Shown here in pieces: positions 1-10,600 of a DNA stretch of 37,611 nt. The stretch comes from a virus. Lineage: Duplodnaviria; Caudoviricetes. Positions within the stretch are counted from its first letter, which is position 1. Every line of letters starts with the position of its first letter. The translations under genes and the position numbers were made by a program. Where the stretch lies: the IMG/VR virus record IMGVR_UViG_3300025671_000186, positions 1 through 37,611 of that record; one strand, given 5' to 3'. Below the pieces are notes generated by a model. It had not been told where the DNA came from and did not search any database. It saw only the letters and a list, made by a program, of their open reading frames with translations.

Positions 1-1
1 T

Positions 2-628
2 CAACAAATAACTGTCGTTAGTGATGCGATTGAAGGTTATACCGCTAGAGTTTTTGCGAGTACGTCTTATGTTCAAACATTTTTTTATAAAGATTATTCA
101 GTTGATTTTGCTAATCGTTATCTATACACTTTTCATTATCCTGTAACGACAATTACTCAAATTCAAGAAATTAAAAAAGACGCTGACGGTAACGATATAA
201 CACCAGTCACTACTCTAACCGCTCCTGAGTTTAGAATAAAAGGTGACACTGGTAAGTTATATAAAACTTATAAAGCAGGTGAACCTAGAAATTGGTTCGA
301 GTGTCGCGACTACAGCGAAAGAATCGAAGTTACTTACACCGCTGGTTTTGCAACAACACCTACACCTGTCGAGCAATGTGTATATGATCTTGTGGAACAA
401 CAGTACAATAAAAAGAAATCAGGTATAGCGGTTAACTTCGGTAAAGGTGTTCAACGAATATCTATCCCAGGTGTGATGTCGCTTGACTTTGACTACACTC
501 TCACATCAAACGAAAGGAAATCTAAGTTCGGTATGATACTGGGAGATTACGGAAACGTGTTAGACCAGTACGCAAGTGAACGTTCCCTTGGTGGATTTGG
601 CGAGATAAGGGAAAACTATGTCTCTTAA
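2..628 (+). CDS. Head-tail connector/adaptor protein (gp6-like), 5' truncated by the window
   Basis: The frame is open from base 2 (QQITVVSDAIEGYTARVF...IEVTYTAGFATTP...) and continuous with track ORF 392..628. The VTYTAG motif and the position before the head-closure and neck genes fit an adaptor. Confidence 0.75.
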   Translation, partial: QQITVVSDAIEGYTARVFASTSYVQTFFYKDYSVDFANRYLYTFHYPVTTITQIQEIKKDADGNDITPVTTLTAPEFRIKGDTGKLYKTYKAGEPRNWFECRDYSERIEVTYTAGFATTPTPVEQCVYDLVEQQYNKKKSGIAVNFGKGVQRISIPGVMSLDFDYTLTSNERKSKFGMILGDYGNVLDQYASERSLGGFGEIRENYVS

Positions 629-938
629 ACAAGCTTTTAAAACCATAATTAATATGCAAGGTTTTGATGTTCAATTTCAAAGAAAAAAAGCTACTTTAGA
701 TATAACAATTAAAATGGCCCCTTCTAATTATTTTAGAATGGGTGCTATTGAGGAAGAGTTTGTTTCTAAAGGTACAGAGTTTGTTGTTGCCAAGGACGAT
801 TTAGATTCTCAGAGTTTTCCTAAACCTAAAAGAGGCGACACGATTATATCAACTGTTCACGGTAATTTATCAGTGACTAAAGTTAATGAGATGGTGGCGT
901 TAGGTGAATTAATCGGTTACAGGTTGAGGTGTGGATAA
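618..938 (+). CDS. Head-tail joining/head closure protein
   Basis: 106 aa, beta-rich, with a PKRGDTI motif; follows the adaptor gene. Confidence 0.6.
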   Translation: MSLKQAFKTIINMQGFDVQFQRKKATLDITIKMAPSNYFRMGAIEEEFVSKGTEFVVAKDDLDSQSFPKPKRGDTIISTVHGNLSVTKVNEMVALGELIGYRLRCG

Positions 939-1823
939 ATGGGAGTTAGTTTCGCATTAAGTGTAAAGCAGAAAGGTAAGAACGCTCAAGAGTTCAGCAT
1001 CAATTCTGATTTAGACGGTAAGCAAACTTTAAAAGGTTTCTTTAATTTCGTTAGAGACACTCATGTATCAACTGCTGAGAAAGTTCTAGATATTGCCCAA
1101 CGACAAAACAACTTCGATAAAAACCCTAGAGTAAGAACAGATAACAGATTCGATAGACCAATTGAACTTGTTAAAGTACCAGGGAAAATTCAATATTTTG
1201 CTAGAGTCGATGTATCGTTAGCACTATTGAGAATGTTCGATATTATTTTACAGTATAGCCCACGTTCTACAGGTCAATACATAAGTGGAAATAAAGTATT
1301 TGTTAACGGTGTACAGGTGGCAAACAGTAGACAATCGTTGAGAAGATTCATAGTACAAAAAGCTTCTCAAGGTGGTTTCAAAGATAGTGACGAAATTCGT
1401 TTTATCAACGTAAACCCTTACGCAAGACGATTAGAAAACAAAGGTATTAGAAGAGGTGTTAGAGGTAAGTACGCAAATAAAAATACACCTAGTAAACGGA
1501 AATTTGGCAAAAGTAGAAGAACAGGTAAAAACATCATTAAACCTAGTGGCGCATACTTTAACGCTCATAGAAATATAAGAAGTAAATTTAAACAGGTAGC
1601 AAAGTTTATTCAATTCACTTACCTAGTGAATGGAACAAAAGGTATCTTTATAAAACGTGCTATCGGTCCGAACGGTCAAATATTCCACAACAGCTTCCAG
1701 ACTGGCAAGCGTGGGGCCATCGGTAGACCTTACCTTTACCCTACAATTCTTGTAAGATTAGATGGTAGAGGTGCAGGAAGAGAAGAACAGGTATTTGGTG
1801 GCAGGGGGTCTATAGTTGAGTAG
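939..1823 (+). CDS. Neck/tail completion protein (HK97 gp10-like), highly basic
   Basis: SPRSTGQY and NVNPYARRLE resemble the P.dTG and N..pYA..lE motifs of gp10-like proteins; gene order agrees. Confidence 0.55.
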   Translation: MGVSFALSVKQKGKNAQEFSINSDLDGKQTLKGFFNFVRDTHVSTAEKVLDIAQRQNNFDKNPRVRTDNRFDRPIELVKVPGKIQYFARVDVSLALLRMFDIILQYSPRSTGQYISGNKVFVNGVQVANSRQSLRRFIVQKASQGGFKDSDEIRFINVNPYARRLENKGIRRGVRGKYANKNTPSKRKFGKSRRTGKNIIKPSGAYFNAHRNIRSKFKQVAKFIQFTYLVNGTKGIFIKRAIGPNGQIFHNSFQTGKRGAIGRPYLYPTILVRLDGRGAGREEQVFGGRGSIVE

Positions 1824-2274
1824 TCAATTCGTAAGAACACAAATAACAAATTTTTTAACCACTAACGCTCCAACGGAAAATCTAATTGACCTAACCGCTC
1901 AATATGAAACCATTGACGAGATTATTGACAACGAAGGTTTAGGTGTAGACGACCCTTGGTTAGGGTTACAATTCATTGGATCAACGGAAGAACCTCAAAC
2001 AATAATAGCTACAAATAGCACAGGGTGTTACAGAGAGTTAGGTTCTATATTTCTTCACGTTGTGGCCAGAGCAAGTCAATCTGCCACAATGGTAGACGAT
2101 ATTTTAACAAGGTCTGAGGCTTTACGAGACTTGTTAAGAGGGCGTAGAATAAATAGTATAATTGTTGAATCTGTGTCACCTCCAAATTTTGAGCAAGGTG
2201 CTACGTTAGATTTAGAGGGCGGTTATACATCGGCTTCGGTTATAGTCAACTATTATCGCGATAATAATATTTAA
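1816..2274 (+). CDS. Tail terminator protein
   Basis: 152 aa, immediately before the tail tube gene, with an alpha/beta pattern typical of terminators. Confidence 0.6.
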   Translation: MSSQFVRTQITNFLTTNAPTENLIDLTAQYETIDEIIDNEGLGVDDPWLGLQFIGSTEEPQTIIATNSTGCYRELGSIFLHVVARASQSATMVDDILTRSEALRDLLRGRRINSIIVESVSPPNFEQGATLDLEGGYTSASVIVNYYRDNNI

Positions 2275-2285
2275 AGGGGAAAAAT

Positions 2286-3470
2286 ATGTCTTCAGCTAAT
2301 CAAGTCCGAGTGGTAGCAATACCTGAAACTACCTACGGTCAAACGCCTGGTGTAGGTAACTTTAAAACATCTAGGTTCACTTCAGAATCTTTATCGGGTA
2401 CTCCTGAAACAACAGAATCTCAACAGATTCGAACGGATCGACAATCAAGTGGACAGGTTGTAACTGGTTTAACTGTTGGTGGTGATATAAACTCTGAACT
2501 TGCCAAGGAAGACATCATTGATGATTTCATCGAAGGTGCAATGTATTCAGTGTGGGACGCTAAAGCTCCTGTCGCAGTTGATCTAACAATCGCTACTGGT
2601 GCTGGAACTATTACAAGAGGTGCTGGCGACTGGAACACTGACGTTGAAGTTGGTGACGTTTTAACACTTACAGCTTTTGCAGATTCTAATAACAACACTG
2701 AAGTAATGGTTACTGAAATTCAATCAGCAACAGTTATTAGATTTTCAGGGCCAACTTCAATGGTTGATGAAGTCGGTGCAGGTACGAGTTATCAAATTGC
2801 CGATGAGATTGAAATTGGAACAACTAAAAAATCTTTCTCAATCGAAAAATCTTTCCTCGATCTTACAACTAAAGCAATTAACTATCGAGGTATGATCGCT
2901 GCAAACATGAGTTTCAACGTTGCTTACGGTGAAATCGTTACAACAACTTTTACTTTTCAAGGGAACGGTTACGAAGCTGTTGATCAAGCTGCAAACTTTA
3001 TGACAGATGGTAGAACCATCGACGCTGCTGCAACAACTAACTCACTTAACGGTTCTGTTGATATGCCATTCTTGGTAAACTCAGCAGATGGTACACTCGA
3101 TACTTCAGACTTTTGTATCCAGTCAGTTGAACTAAGTCTTAACAACAACCTCACAGCGCAAACGTGTATTGGACAAGCTGCCCCAGATGATTATTCTGAG
3201 GGAACTGCACAGATTGAAATATCTTTGACAGCTTATCTAGCAAATGAGAACTGGCAACTACTTGCTAGTAAACTTACTCAAGCTCCTTTCGAGCTAGGAT
3301 TCATTGTTAAAAATGCTGGTGGTTTTTATGGTTTCTTCATCCCTGCTGTACAGGTTAGCTTCGAAGACCCTGCTGCTGGTGGAATTAACCAGGACGTATT
3401 TTTAAATATGACTGGTACAGCGAAAATTGGAGCTAACGGAGAGAAAGCTCTTAAAATGTTTAGAAGTTAA
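2286..3470 (+). CDS. Major tail tube protein (Phage_tube_2-like) with an internal inserted domain
   Basis: ETTYGQTP, ESQQIRTDRQ, SFSIEKSF and LNNNL motifs; has an RBS and is followed by a terminator. Confidence 0.85.
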   Translation: MSSANQVRVVAIPETTYGQTPGVGNFKTSRFTSESLSGTPETTESQQIRTDRQSSGQVVTGLTVGGDINSELAKEDIIDDFIEGAMYSVWDAKAPVAVDLTIATGAGTITRGAGDWNTDVEVGDVLTLTAFADSNNNTEVMVTEIQSATVIRFSGPTSMVDEVGAGTSYQIADEIEIGTTKKSFSIEKSFLDLTTKAINYRGMIAANMSFNVAYGEIVTTTFTFQGNGYEAVDQAANFMTDGRTIDAAATTNSLNGSVDMPFLVNSADGTLDTSDFCIQSVELSLNNNLTAQTCIGQAAPDDYSEGTAQIEISLTAYLANENWQLLASKLTQAPFELGFIVKNAGGFYGFFIPAVQVSFEDPAAGGINQDVFLNMTGTAKIGANGEKALKMFRS

Positions 3471-3480
3471 TAAGTAATCG

Positions 3481-3507
3481 AGGGGGCGTGTAAAAGCGCC
3501 TCCTTTT
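3481..3507 (+). terminator. Rho-independent terminator after the tail tube gene
   Basis: Stem AGGGGGCG/CGCCTCCT, loop TGTAAAAG, then a T run. Confidence 0.75.
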
Positions 3508-3542
3508 AAATTAAAGTTAATAGTTACGTTAAAGGAATCAAA

Positions 3543-3938
3543 ATGAAATCTAATCTTCATCAATTTTACAAAACAGATACATCTCTAGAAACTTCAGGAA
3601 AATGGTTTGAACTTTCTGAAGACGTAGGTTTTTTAGTAAGAAGGTTTGGTGGTGCTAACGCTGATAAAATGAAACAAGCTTTGGCCAAATACCATAAACC
3701 TCATGCTTATCAAATTCAAAAAGGTACGTTGGAACCTGAAAAAGAAAAAGAGATATTGACAAGAGCTTTTGTTGAATCTTGTATTACTGACTGGAAAGGT
3801 ATTGAAATCGATGGTGAAGTAAAAGAGTTTAACAAGGTCGATTGCGTCAATCTTCTTTTAGAATTACCTGACTTAACCGATACACTATTAGATTGGTCAC
3901 AAAATATAGATAACTTCAAGGAAGAATTGGGAAACTAA
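3543..3938 (+). CDS. Tail assembly chaperone (gpG-like)
   Basis: 131 aa between the tail tube and tape measure genes, with an ITDWKGI motif; ends at the slippery site GGGAAAC. Confidence 0.85.
   Translation: MKSNLHQFYKTDTSLETSGKWFELSEDVGFLVRRFGGANADKMKQALAKYHKPHAYQIQKGTLEPEKEKEILTRAFVESCITDWKGIEIDGEVKEFNKVDCVNLLLELPDLTDTLLDWSQNIDNFKEELGN
3929..3935 (+). promoter_or_regulatory. Programmed -1 frameshift heptamer G GGA AAC
   Basis: X XXY YYZ pattern in the correct phase, directly before the gpG stop; analogous to lambda GGGAAAG. Confidence 0.85.
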
Positions 3939-4252
3939 TTTGCTCCTGGTTAAGTTGGCATTTAAAGTGGCATGATAGGCTCGAGTTTTACTATAAGTTA
4001 CTTGACCAAGGTAAAATCAAAGAACCTAATCAAGAACCTAATGTCGGACCGTTTCGGGTATATTTAGAGTATTTCTTCGAGCTTGACACTTGTAGAAGTG
4101 GTATGACCAACGGTCCAATTTCTTTTACTGATATATATAACTTTGCTACCATTAAACAGATCGATGATTTTGACGAATTCCTTTACCTAATGCGAAGGCT
4201 GGACAACATCATCATAGACCATCGAGATAAAGAAAATGGGAACAAAAAATAA
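3929..4252 (+). CDS. gpT-like C-terminal part of a G-T fusion chaperone made by -1 frameshift (absent from the ORF track)
   Basis: The -1 frame is open from the slippery site: GKLICSWLSWHLKW...YFFELDTCRSGMTNGPISFTDIYNF...LMRRLD...GNKK*. It has no own RBS or start near its 5' end. Confidence 0.85.
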   Translation, partial: GKLICSWLSWHLKWHDRLEFYYKLLDQGKIKEPNQEPNVGPFRVYLEYFFELDTCRSGMTNGPISFTDIYNFATIKQIDDFDEFLYLMRRLDNIIIDHRDKENGNKK

Positions 4253-6440
4253 GCAAATTACAGAAATTGAAGTCAGGACTATAGGTGACGACGAGTTGAA
4301 AAAACTCGCTGCTGAGTTCGGTAAACTTAATAGGAATACCAAAAAGAGTAGCGAGAGTTTAGAAAAAATTTCTAAAAATACTAGAAGGTTAGATAAAACT
4401 TTAAAGCAAACTTCTTTCGGTATCAATAGACTCAAAAATGCTTTTAGTGCTTTGATCGCTACTTTTAGTATTAGAGAATTCACTCAAGCTGCTGACCAGT
4501 TTCAATTAATTCAAGATAGAATTAAAGTGTTTACAGGTTCTAGTGAAATTGCTGCGAAAACTTTCAAGAGTATACAATCAGCAGCAGAAGAAACCAGAAC
4601 ATCTGTAGGTTCCCTTGGTGAAATTTACAATAGAGTGGCCTTATCAACTAGAGAATTAGGGTTATCTAGTGAACAGATTGTAGCTACTACAGCAGCTTTA
4701 CAACAAACTTTTAGGTTATCTGGTGCCACAATCCAAGAAGCAACTGCGAGTACGATTCAGCTTACTCAAGGTTTGTCAGCAGGGGCATTAAGAGGTCAAG
4801 AACTCAGATCGGTTTTAGAATCTAACGCTGTTCTTGCTAATCTTTTATCTAGTGAATTTAACGTTACGACTGGTCAATTGATTAAGTTTGCTGAAACAGG
4901 TCAAATCACTTCAGCTAGAGTGTTGAGAACATTGGCGAGGGCCTTCAGAAGATTAAACAGTGATGCAGCAGATTTGCGAATTACTTTTGAGCAAGCAGCA
5001 ACGCTAGGTTTAGATAAACTAAGGCAAAAGATAGATGAGTTGAACAAACGATTTAACTTATCTTCAAATTTCTTTAAAGGTATTAAATTTTTATCTGAGA
5101 ACTTAGAAGAAGTATTTGGTTTAATCACAGCTTTTGTAGCGGCTGGTACAATATCTAAATTAACAACTCAGTTGGGTACATTAGCTTCCGTAGGTGTATT
5201 AGGTACATTAGCTTCTTCACCTGTACTTATTGCCACATTGGTTACAGGTTTTACAGCTTTGGCCGTTTCTATAAAACGAGCTACAGATGAAGCAAAAGGA
5301 CCGAGGAAAATAACTGAAGAGTTAGATAAACTTAAAAAAACCTTAGAAGATTTAAAGTTTGAATTAGCTAGACCTTTAACTACAAGTGATCTTTTAGGTA
5401 AAACAGCTAAGAACGTAAACTTAATAAAGAAAAATATTGAAGAGACTAACAAAGAGATAGCGAGACTTGAAGCTTTACAAGCTAAAGGTGTTAAAACTAT
5501 AGGTGGAAATACCAAGGAAATAATTGATCAAGCAGATGCGTTAGATAAACTCGCTGATGAATTAGATAAATATAACCTGACAGCAGATAGAGCACCTAAC
5601 CTGCAAGCAAGATTCAACAGGCAGTTTTCTAAAGGTAGGGCCACAATTCAAGTTTATCAAGAGGCGTTAAATACTGTTAGTTTCGATAAGCTTCAACAAG
5701 ATTTTAAAAACGGTAAAGTTACTTTAGATCAATTCAGATCGAGTTTATTACAAGTATCCAATGACATCGAAGGACTTAACCCGATAGCCCTTGGTGTTGA
5801 AGATGGACTAGTACAAGTTGCTAGAAACGCAGGTAACGTAGCTCAACAAGTTTCTCAAGGTATCCAAAAAGCTTTCGGTGAACTTGAAGATTCATTGTTC
5901 GATTTTATTAAAACAGGTGAATTTGAATTTAAAAAATTCGCTAAATCTATTTTAGATGAGATAACTAGAATTACTATTCGTGCCGCTCTTATAGCCCCTA
6001 TTGCTAGAGGTATTAGTGGTGCTATCGGTGGTGGTGCAACAGCAGCGGCAACTACTCAAGGTACTTTCGCGAACGGCGGTGTGTTTAGCAATGGTAACGT
6101 AATACCTTTCGCTAACGGTGGTATCGTAACAGGTCCGACATTATTCCCACTTAACGGTGGGCGCACAGGTCTTATGGGTGAGGCAGGTGACGAGGCAATC
6201 GTTCCTTTGCGTAGAGGCCGTGGTGGACGTTTAGGTGTCGATGCTTCAGGTGCAACAAACGTTCAAGTAAATGTAATCAACAATACCGGAAGTGACGTAG
6301 ACACTCAGGAAAGAATAAGCTCTGACGGAAGCAAGATATTAGACATTGTTATCGGAAACACCGTTAGAGATGGTTTAGCTAACGGTGAGTTTGATCAAAG
6401 CTTCGGTGAGATATTCGGACTTCAACGACAAGGTAGATAA
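4236..6440 (+). CDS. Tape measure protein
   Basis: 734 aa, helical and Ala-rich, with an N-terminal QLTQGLSAGALRGQELRSVLE motif and C-terminal FANGG repeats plus MGEAGDEAIVPL. Confidence 0.95.
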   Translation: MGTKNKQITEIEVRTIGDDELKKLAAEFGKLNRNTKKSSESLEKISKNTRRLDKTLKQTSFGINRLKNAFSALIATFSIREFTQAADQFQLIQDRIKVFTGSSEIAAKTFKSIQSAAEETRTSVGSLGEIYNRVALSTRELGLSSEQIVATTAALQQTFRLSGATIQEATASTIQLTQGLSAGALRGQELRSVLESNAVLANLLSSEFNVTTGQLIKFAETGQITSARVLRTLARAFRRLNSDAADLRITFEQAATLGLDKLRQKIDELNKRFNLSSNFFKGIKFLSENLEEVFGLITAFVAAGTISKLTTQLGTLASVGVLGTLASSPVLIATLVTGFTALAVSIKRATDEAKGPRKITEELDKLKKTLEDLKFELARPLTTSDLLGKTAKNVNLIKKNIEETNKEIARLEALQAKGVKTIGGNTKEIIDQADALDKLADELDKYNLTADRAPNLQARFNRQFSKGRATIQVYQEALNTVSFDKLQQDFKNGKVTLDQFRSSLLQVSNDIEGLNPIALGVEDGLVQVARNAGNVAQQVSQGIQKAFGELEDSLFDFIKTGEFEFKKFAKSILDEITRITIRAALIAPIARGISGAIGGGATAAATTQGTFANGGVFSNGNVIPFANGGIVTGPTLFPLNGGRTGLMGEAGDEAIVPLRRGRGGRLGVDASGATNVQVNVINNTGSDVDTQERISSDGSKILDIVIGNTVRDGLANGEFDQSFGEIFGLQRQGR

Positions 6441-6793
6441 TGGCAGAATCATTCCCAGCTTCTTTACAGCAGAAATTTAACCAGGCAGGTTTTCAACTTA
6501 CTTTCGGTGATAGTGCAATCGAGACACCTAATGAAGTTGGCCCACCTAAGAAACGTCAACGTTATACCAAAGAGTTCGATGATCTTAGAGGTACTATAGA
6601 ACTTGAAAGAACTGATTACGCTGACTTTGAAACATTCTTCAAGACCACCTTGGCAGGTGGAACATTAACTTTTAATTATGACCACCCTATAAGCGGTGTC
6701 ACAGGCGAATATCAATTTAAAGGTAGACCTTCCATAACAACTCTAGGTGGAACATATTTTAGAATATCTTTTGTTTGGAGGCAGATTGCGTGA
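6440..6793 (+). CDS. Distal/minor tail protein (gpM-like)
   Basis: 117 aa after the tape measure gene; GPPKKRQRYT and F..FFKTTLAGGTLTF patterns. Confidence 0.75.
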   Translation: MAESFPASLQQKFNQAGFQLTFGDSAIETPNEVGPPKKRQRYTKEFDDLRGTIELERTDYADFETFFKTTLAGGTLTFNYDHPISGVTGEYQFKGRPSITTLGGTYFRISFVWRQIA

Positions 6794-7260
6794 GAAGTTT
6801 AACTAATAATCTATTAGCGCAATTATACGGAGAAAGAAGTGACGACCCGCTTTTAATGCTTGTCACTCTTACTCACACTTCTTTTACAACTCTTAGGTTA
6901 GTTAACAATACTGAAGATGTTATCAGTAGAGGTAACACTCACATCGCTTTCCCTATGAGAATCAATCTACCTGCTGAAGACGGTGTTAATGTTTTAAAGT
7001 CACAAATACAATTCGATAATGTTTCATTAGATTTAATAGATGAAATAAGATCGGTGACAACACCTATAGATACAACAATTGAATTAGTTCTTGCGAGTGA
7101 CCCTGACACTGTAGAAATATCTTTTAATGAATTTAAGATAAGTAATGTTAGGTACGACAGCAGGACCATCAACGCCGACTTATTTTTAGATGATTTTTTA
7201 CATACTGAGTTAACAAGTGAACGATACACACCAACAATTTACCCAGGGTTATTTACGTAA
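6790..7260 (+). CDS. Tail tip protein (DUF1833/gpL-like)
   Basis: LRLVNNTEDV, AFPMRINLP and the C-terminal YTPTIYPGLF; start is probably the GTG in the GTGA overlap at 6790. Confidence 0.8.
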   Translation: MRSLTNNLLAQLYGERSDDPLLMLVTLTHTSFTTLRLVNNTEDVISRGNTHIAFPMRINLPAEDGVNVLKSQIQFDNVSLDLIDEIRSVTTPIDTTIELVLASDPDTVEISFNEFKISNVRYDSRTINADLFLDDFLHTELTSERYTPTIYPGLFT

Positions 7261-7606
7261 GTTTGTAGGAATACCTTACGAAGATAAAGACTGTTACGAA
7301 TTGGTTCAATATTTTTACGATGATATATTTGGTATCAAATTAGAAAAACTTTACGGTAGTATTAGACCTACAAAAAAAGAAACAGAACAATTAGTGAACG
7401 ATCAGCTAGAAGGTTTTGAAGAAGTTACAACACCTAGGATGGGTGACATAATGTTAATCAGAATCGTAGGTCTTACTTGTCATATCGGAGTTTATATTGA
7501 CGAGAATCGTTTCCTTCATTCTAGGCAAGGTGTTGGTAGTAGTCTAGAACGTTTCGATAAATGGACTAAAAGAATTGAAGGTTATTACAGATGTCGAAAG
7601 AAATAG
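7217..7606 (+). CDS. NlpC/P60 family tail-associated peptidase (gpK-like)
   Basis: VGIPY...DCYELV (catalytic Cys), GD motif, HIGVY and FLHS. Confidence 0.9.
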   Translation: MNDTHQQFTQGYLRKFVGIPYEDKDCYELVQYFYDDIFGIKLEKLYGSIRPTKKETEQLVNDQLEGFEEVTTPRMGDIMLIRIVGLTCHIGVYIDENRFLHSRQGVGSSLERFDKWTKRIEGYYRCRKK

Positions 7607-10600
7607 TAGTTAGGAAAAACCCTTTAAGTACCGATAGCAAAGTCTTGGTTGTGAAAGATGATGCAACAATCGAAGAAATGTATGAAGAGGTTTTAAAAGC
7701 TAATAAATTACCAAGGGAAGGATACGACAAATACTTCAAAGTTTATATTGGAGGTCATGAAGTATATAGAAGGTATTGGAAAACCTCTAAACCTTTACAA
7801 GGTAAGTCAGTATTATTCGCCGTAACACCTAGAGGTGGTGAAGGTGGTCAAATATTTAAGCAAGTTGCCATTATAACTATCACCGCTGTTGTTGCTGTCA
7901 TAACTTCCCCTGCTGGTGGCGCGGCCTTCGGTACAGGTACAGGTGCGGCCTTCGGTTCAGCACTTGCCACCGCTGGTGCGGCAATCGGTTCCACGCTTTT
8001 ATTTAATGCTCTAATACCACCTCTCAACAACGCTTTGGGTTTCAACGCTTCTGAGGCAGATGGTTTTTCTAATTCACAAAGTTTCTCTATTACGAATCAA
8101 AACAATCAGAGTAGAAAACTAAGAACAGTACCTAAAGTTTATGGGACACATAGAATATTCCCTGTCCTTGCTGCAAACTTTTATTTAAGTTCCGAAGCTG
8201 ACCCTGACAACAACGGTGCTTTGTCTAACTACTTTTACGCTATTTATGACTTCGGACTCGGACCCTTGGCACTCGATCAATTTAGAATAGGTGAAACGCT
8301 TTTATCTGAATTTTCTCAAGTTGATTTTAGGTTGGTGGATTTAAACAAACCTGGAGTAGAAGAAGGTATATGGGATCAAGCTTTAAGTAATAATTTTCAA
8401 CTTTATAAAGGTGATGTAACACAACAATCAATTGGTGTTGCTATTAACGCTAACGAAAACAATCCAGGTCCACCGCCAGTAGACGATTATCAAGTTGTAA
8501 GAAACGCTACACCTAATACGAACAGTGAAGAACAAGAAATAAGTTTAATTCTTAATCTGCCTAACGGTTTGTTCTCAGTCTTTGAAACAGGTGCGATTAG
8601 AAATAGTCAAATAGATTTAAAGGTTGAATTTGCTGAAGTAGGTACGGAAGACTATAGAAATTTTGATGATCTTGTTTTTGTTAACGATTTCAATAGTAGC
8701 TTACAAGCTTTTAATAAAGAAATTTTAGCTAACTCATTTTCTAATAACTCTTTTACTTTACTTAGTACTTTTCCAGCGGACAAAAACCTTCAAGCAAGTA
8801 TAGTAGGAAACGCTTTTATTTTTCCTGAAGGTTTAGAAAACCCTGAAGCTTCTTATTATGATATAGCAGAACAGAGTATAGGGATATTAAAAGGTAACAT
8901 ATACTCTTTCAACATAAGTGCTGACATACATGTACCTACCGTAGGTGAACTTATTTACATTAACGGTCAAGAAATGTTCACGATCACATTTATTAACTTT
9001 AACGGTACACAAAACGCTTGGAATATAATAACTACACCTGCTAAATTTACTGTGACCATAGCTTATGATTTAGTTCGTACACCTAATGACCCTGCTGCAA
9101 TATTCACAGCTACAGCAACTCAAAGAGTTCACACAAACAACATACTTGAAGACGGTGGTTCGACTTCGGTTATGAAAGTTAAGAGTTCCGAAAACGGAAT
9201 AATAACAATCGATAACTTACAGACACCCAACTCTAATGTAACTGTCATTTTTAAACCAAAAACTCTAAACGATGTTAAGGTAAGATTAACTAGAAAAAAC
9301 ACAAACCATAATTTTACCTTCCAGAGAAACGATGCTTTAACGTGGTCGATATTAACAACTCGTTTTGACACCAACCCCATAGTTACAACTAAACGTCACG
9401 TTTTTATGGAAGTGCGAATCAAGGCGACAGATCAATTGAACGGAGTTATTGAAAACTTGTCGGCCATTGCTACATCTGTTTTAGATGTTTATGACGGAGC
9501 CAATTGGTCTAAACAAATCACCCAAAACCCTGCATGGGTCTTAGCAGACCTTTTAACAGGTGAAGTAAATAAAAGAGCTATCGCACAAAATAGATTAGAT
9601 GCGGACTTATTAAAAGAATGGGCAGATTTTTGTGACGAGATACCAACAGCACCGCCTAATATATCAACTTTCTCACAACCAAGGTTTCAGTGTAACTTCG
9701 TATTAGACTTCAACACAACTTTAACTCAACTAATAGATAGAGTTACAAACGCCGCACAAGCTAGACTTACTGTAGTAGATGGTAGATACGGTGTGCTTAT
9801 AGATAGAGCCAAGACAACACCTGTACAAGTTTTTACACCTCGTAACTCTAACAATTTTTCTTCTACAAGAGTCTACAGTGAGATACCTGACGGACTAAGA
9901 ATAAATTATGTAGATGCTGGTAGTGGTTTTGAGATAAGACAAGAAACTGTTTTCAACGATGGGTTCGATGCTACAACAGCGGTGGACTTTGACGAGTTAG
10001 ACACCTTCGCTGTAACAAACTCAGAACAAGCGTTTAGGTTTGGTCGTTATATGTTAGCTCAGTTGAAGTTGAGACAAGAGACTATAACTATAGATGTTGA
10101 CTTTGAACACTTGGTTTGTACTAGAGGTGACTACGTAGTCATCACTCAAGATGCAATGAGAGTAGGAGGTGTACCCGCTAGAGTAATTAATGTAGCAGGT
10201 AATGTCGTAACTATTGACGCTCCCTTCGCAACTGAACCAGCTACTAGTTACGGTTACAGGTTTAGAAATGCTACTTCAGGTGTAACAGCGGTAGCAACAA
10301 TGACTATTACAGATGAAGTAACTGCTACTCTCGATGGCCTTATACCAAACGTAGGCGACTTAATAATATGGGGGGAAATATCTCAAGTAACTTACGATTG
10401 TATTGTAAAGACTGTTTCACCTAATAGAAATTTAACCGCTACTCTTACATTAGTTGAAAAGAACGATGCGATCTTTGATGCTGAATCATCTGTTAACATT
10501 CCAGATTACAACCCGCAATTATCTACAATTCAAGACGAGAACTTAACACCTCCTACGGAAGTGGTTAACCTCGCTGTAACAGGTAACACTTTTGATTGCG

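Noticed and set aside
243-428. Track ORF 243..428 and the short call 392..628
   Set aside because: The real frame is open from base 2 to 628; 243..428 is an off-frame shadow.
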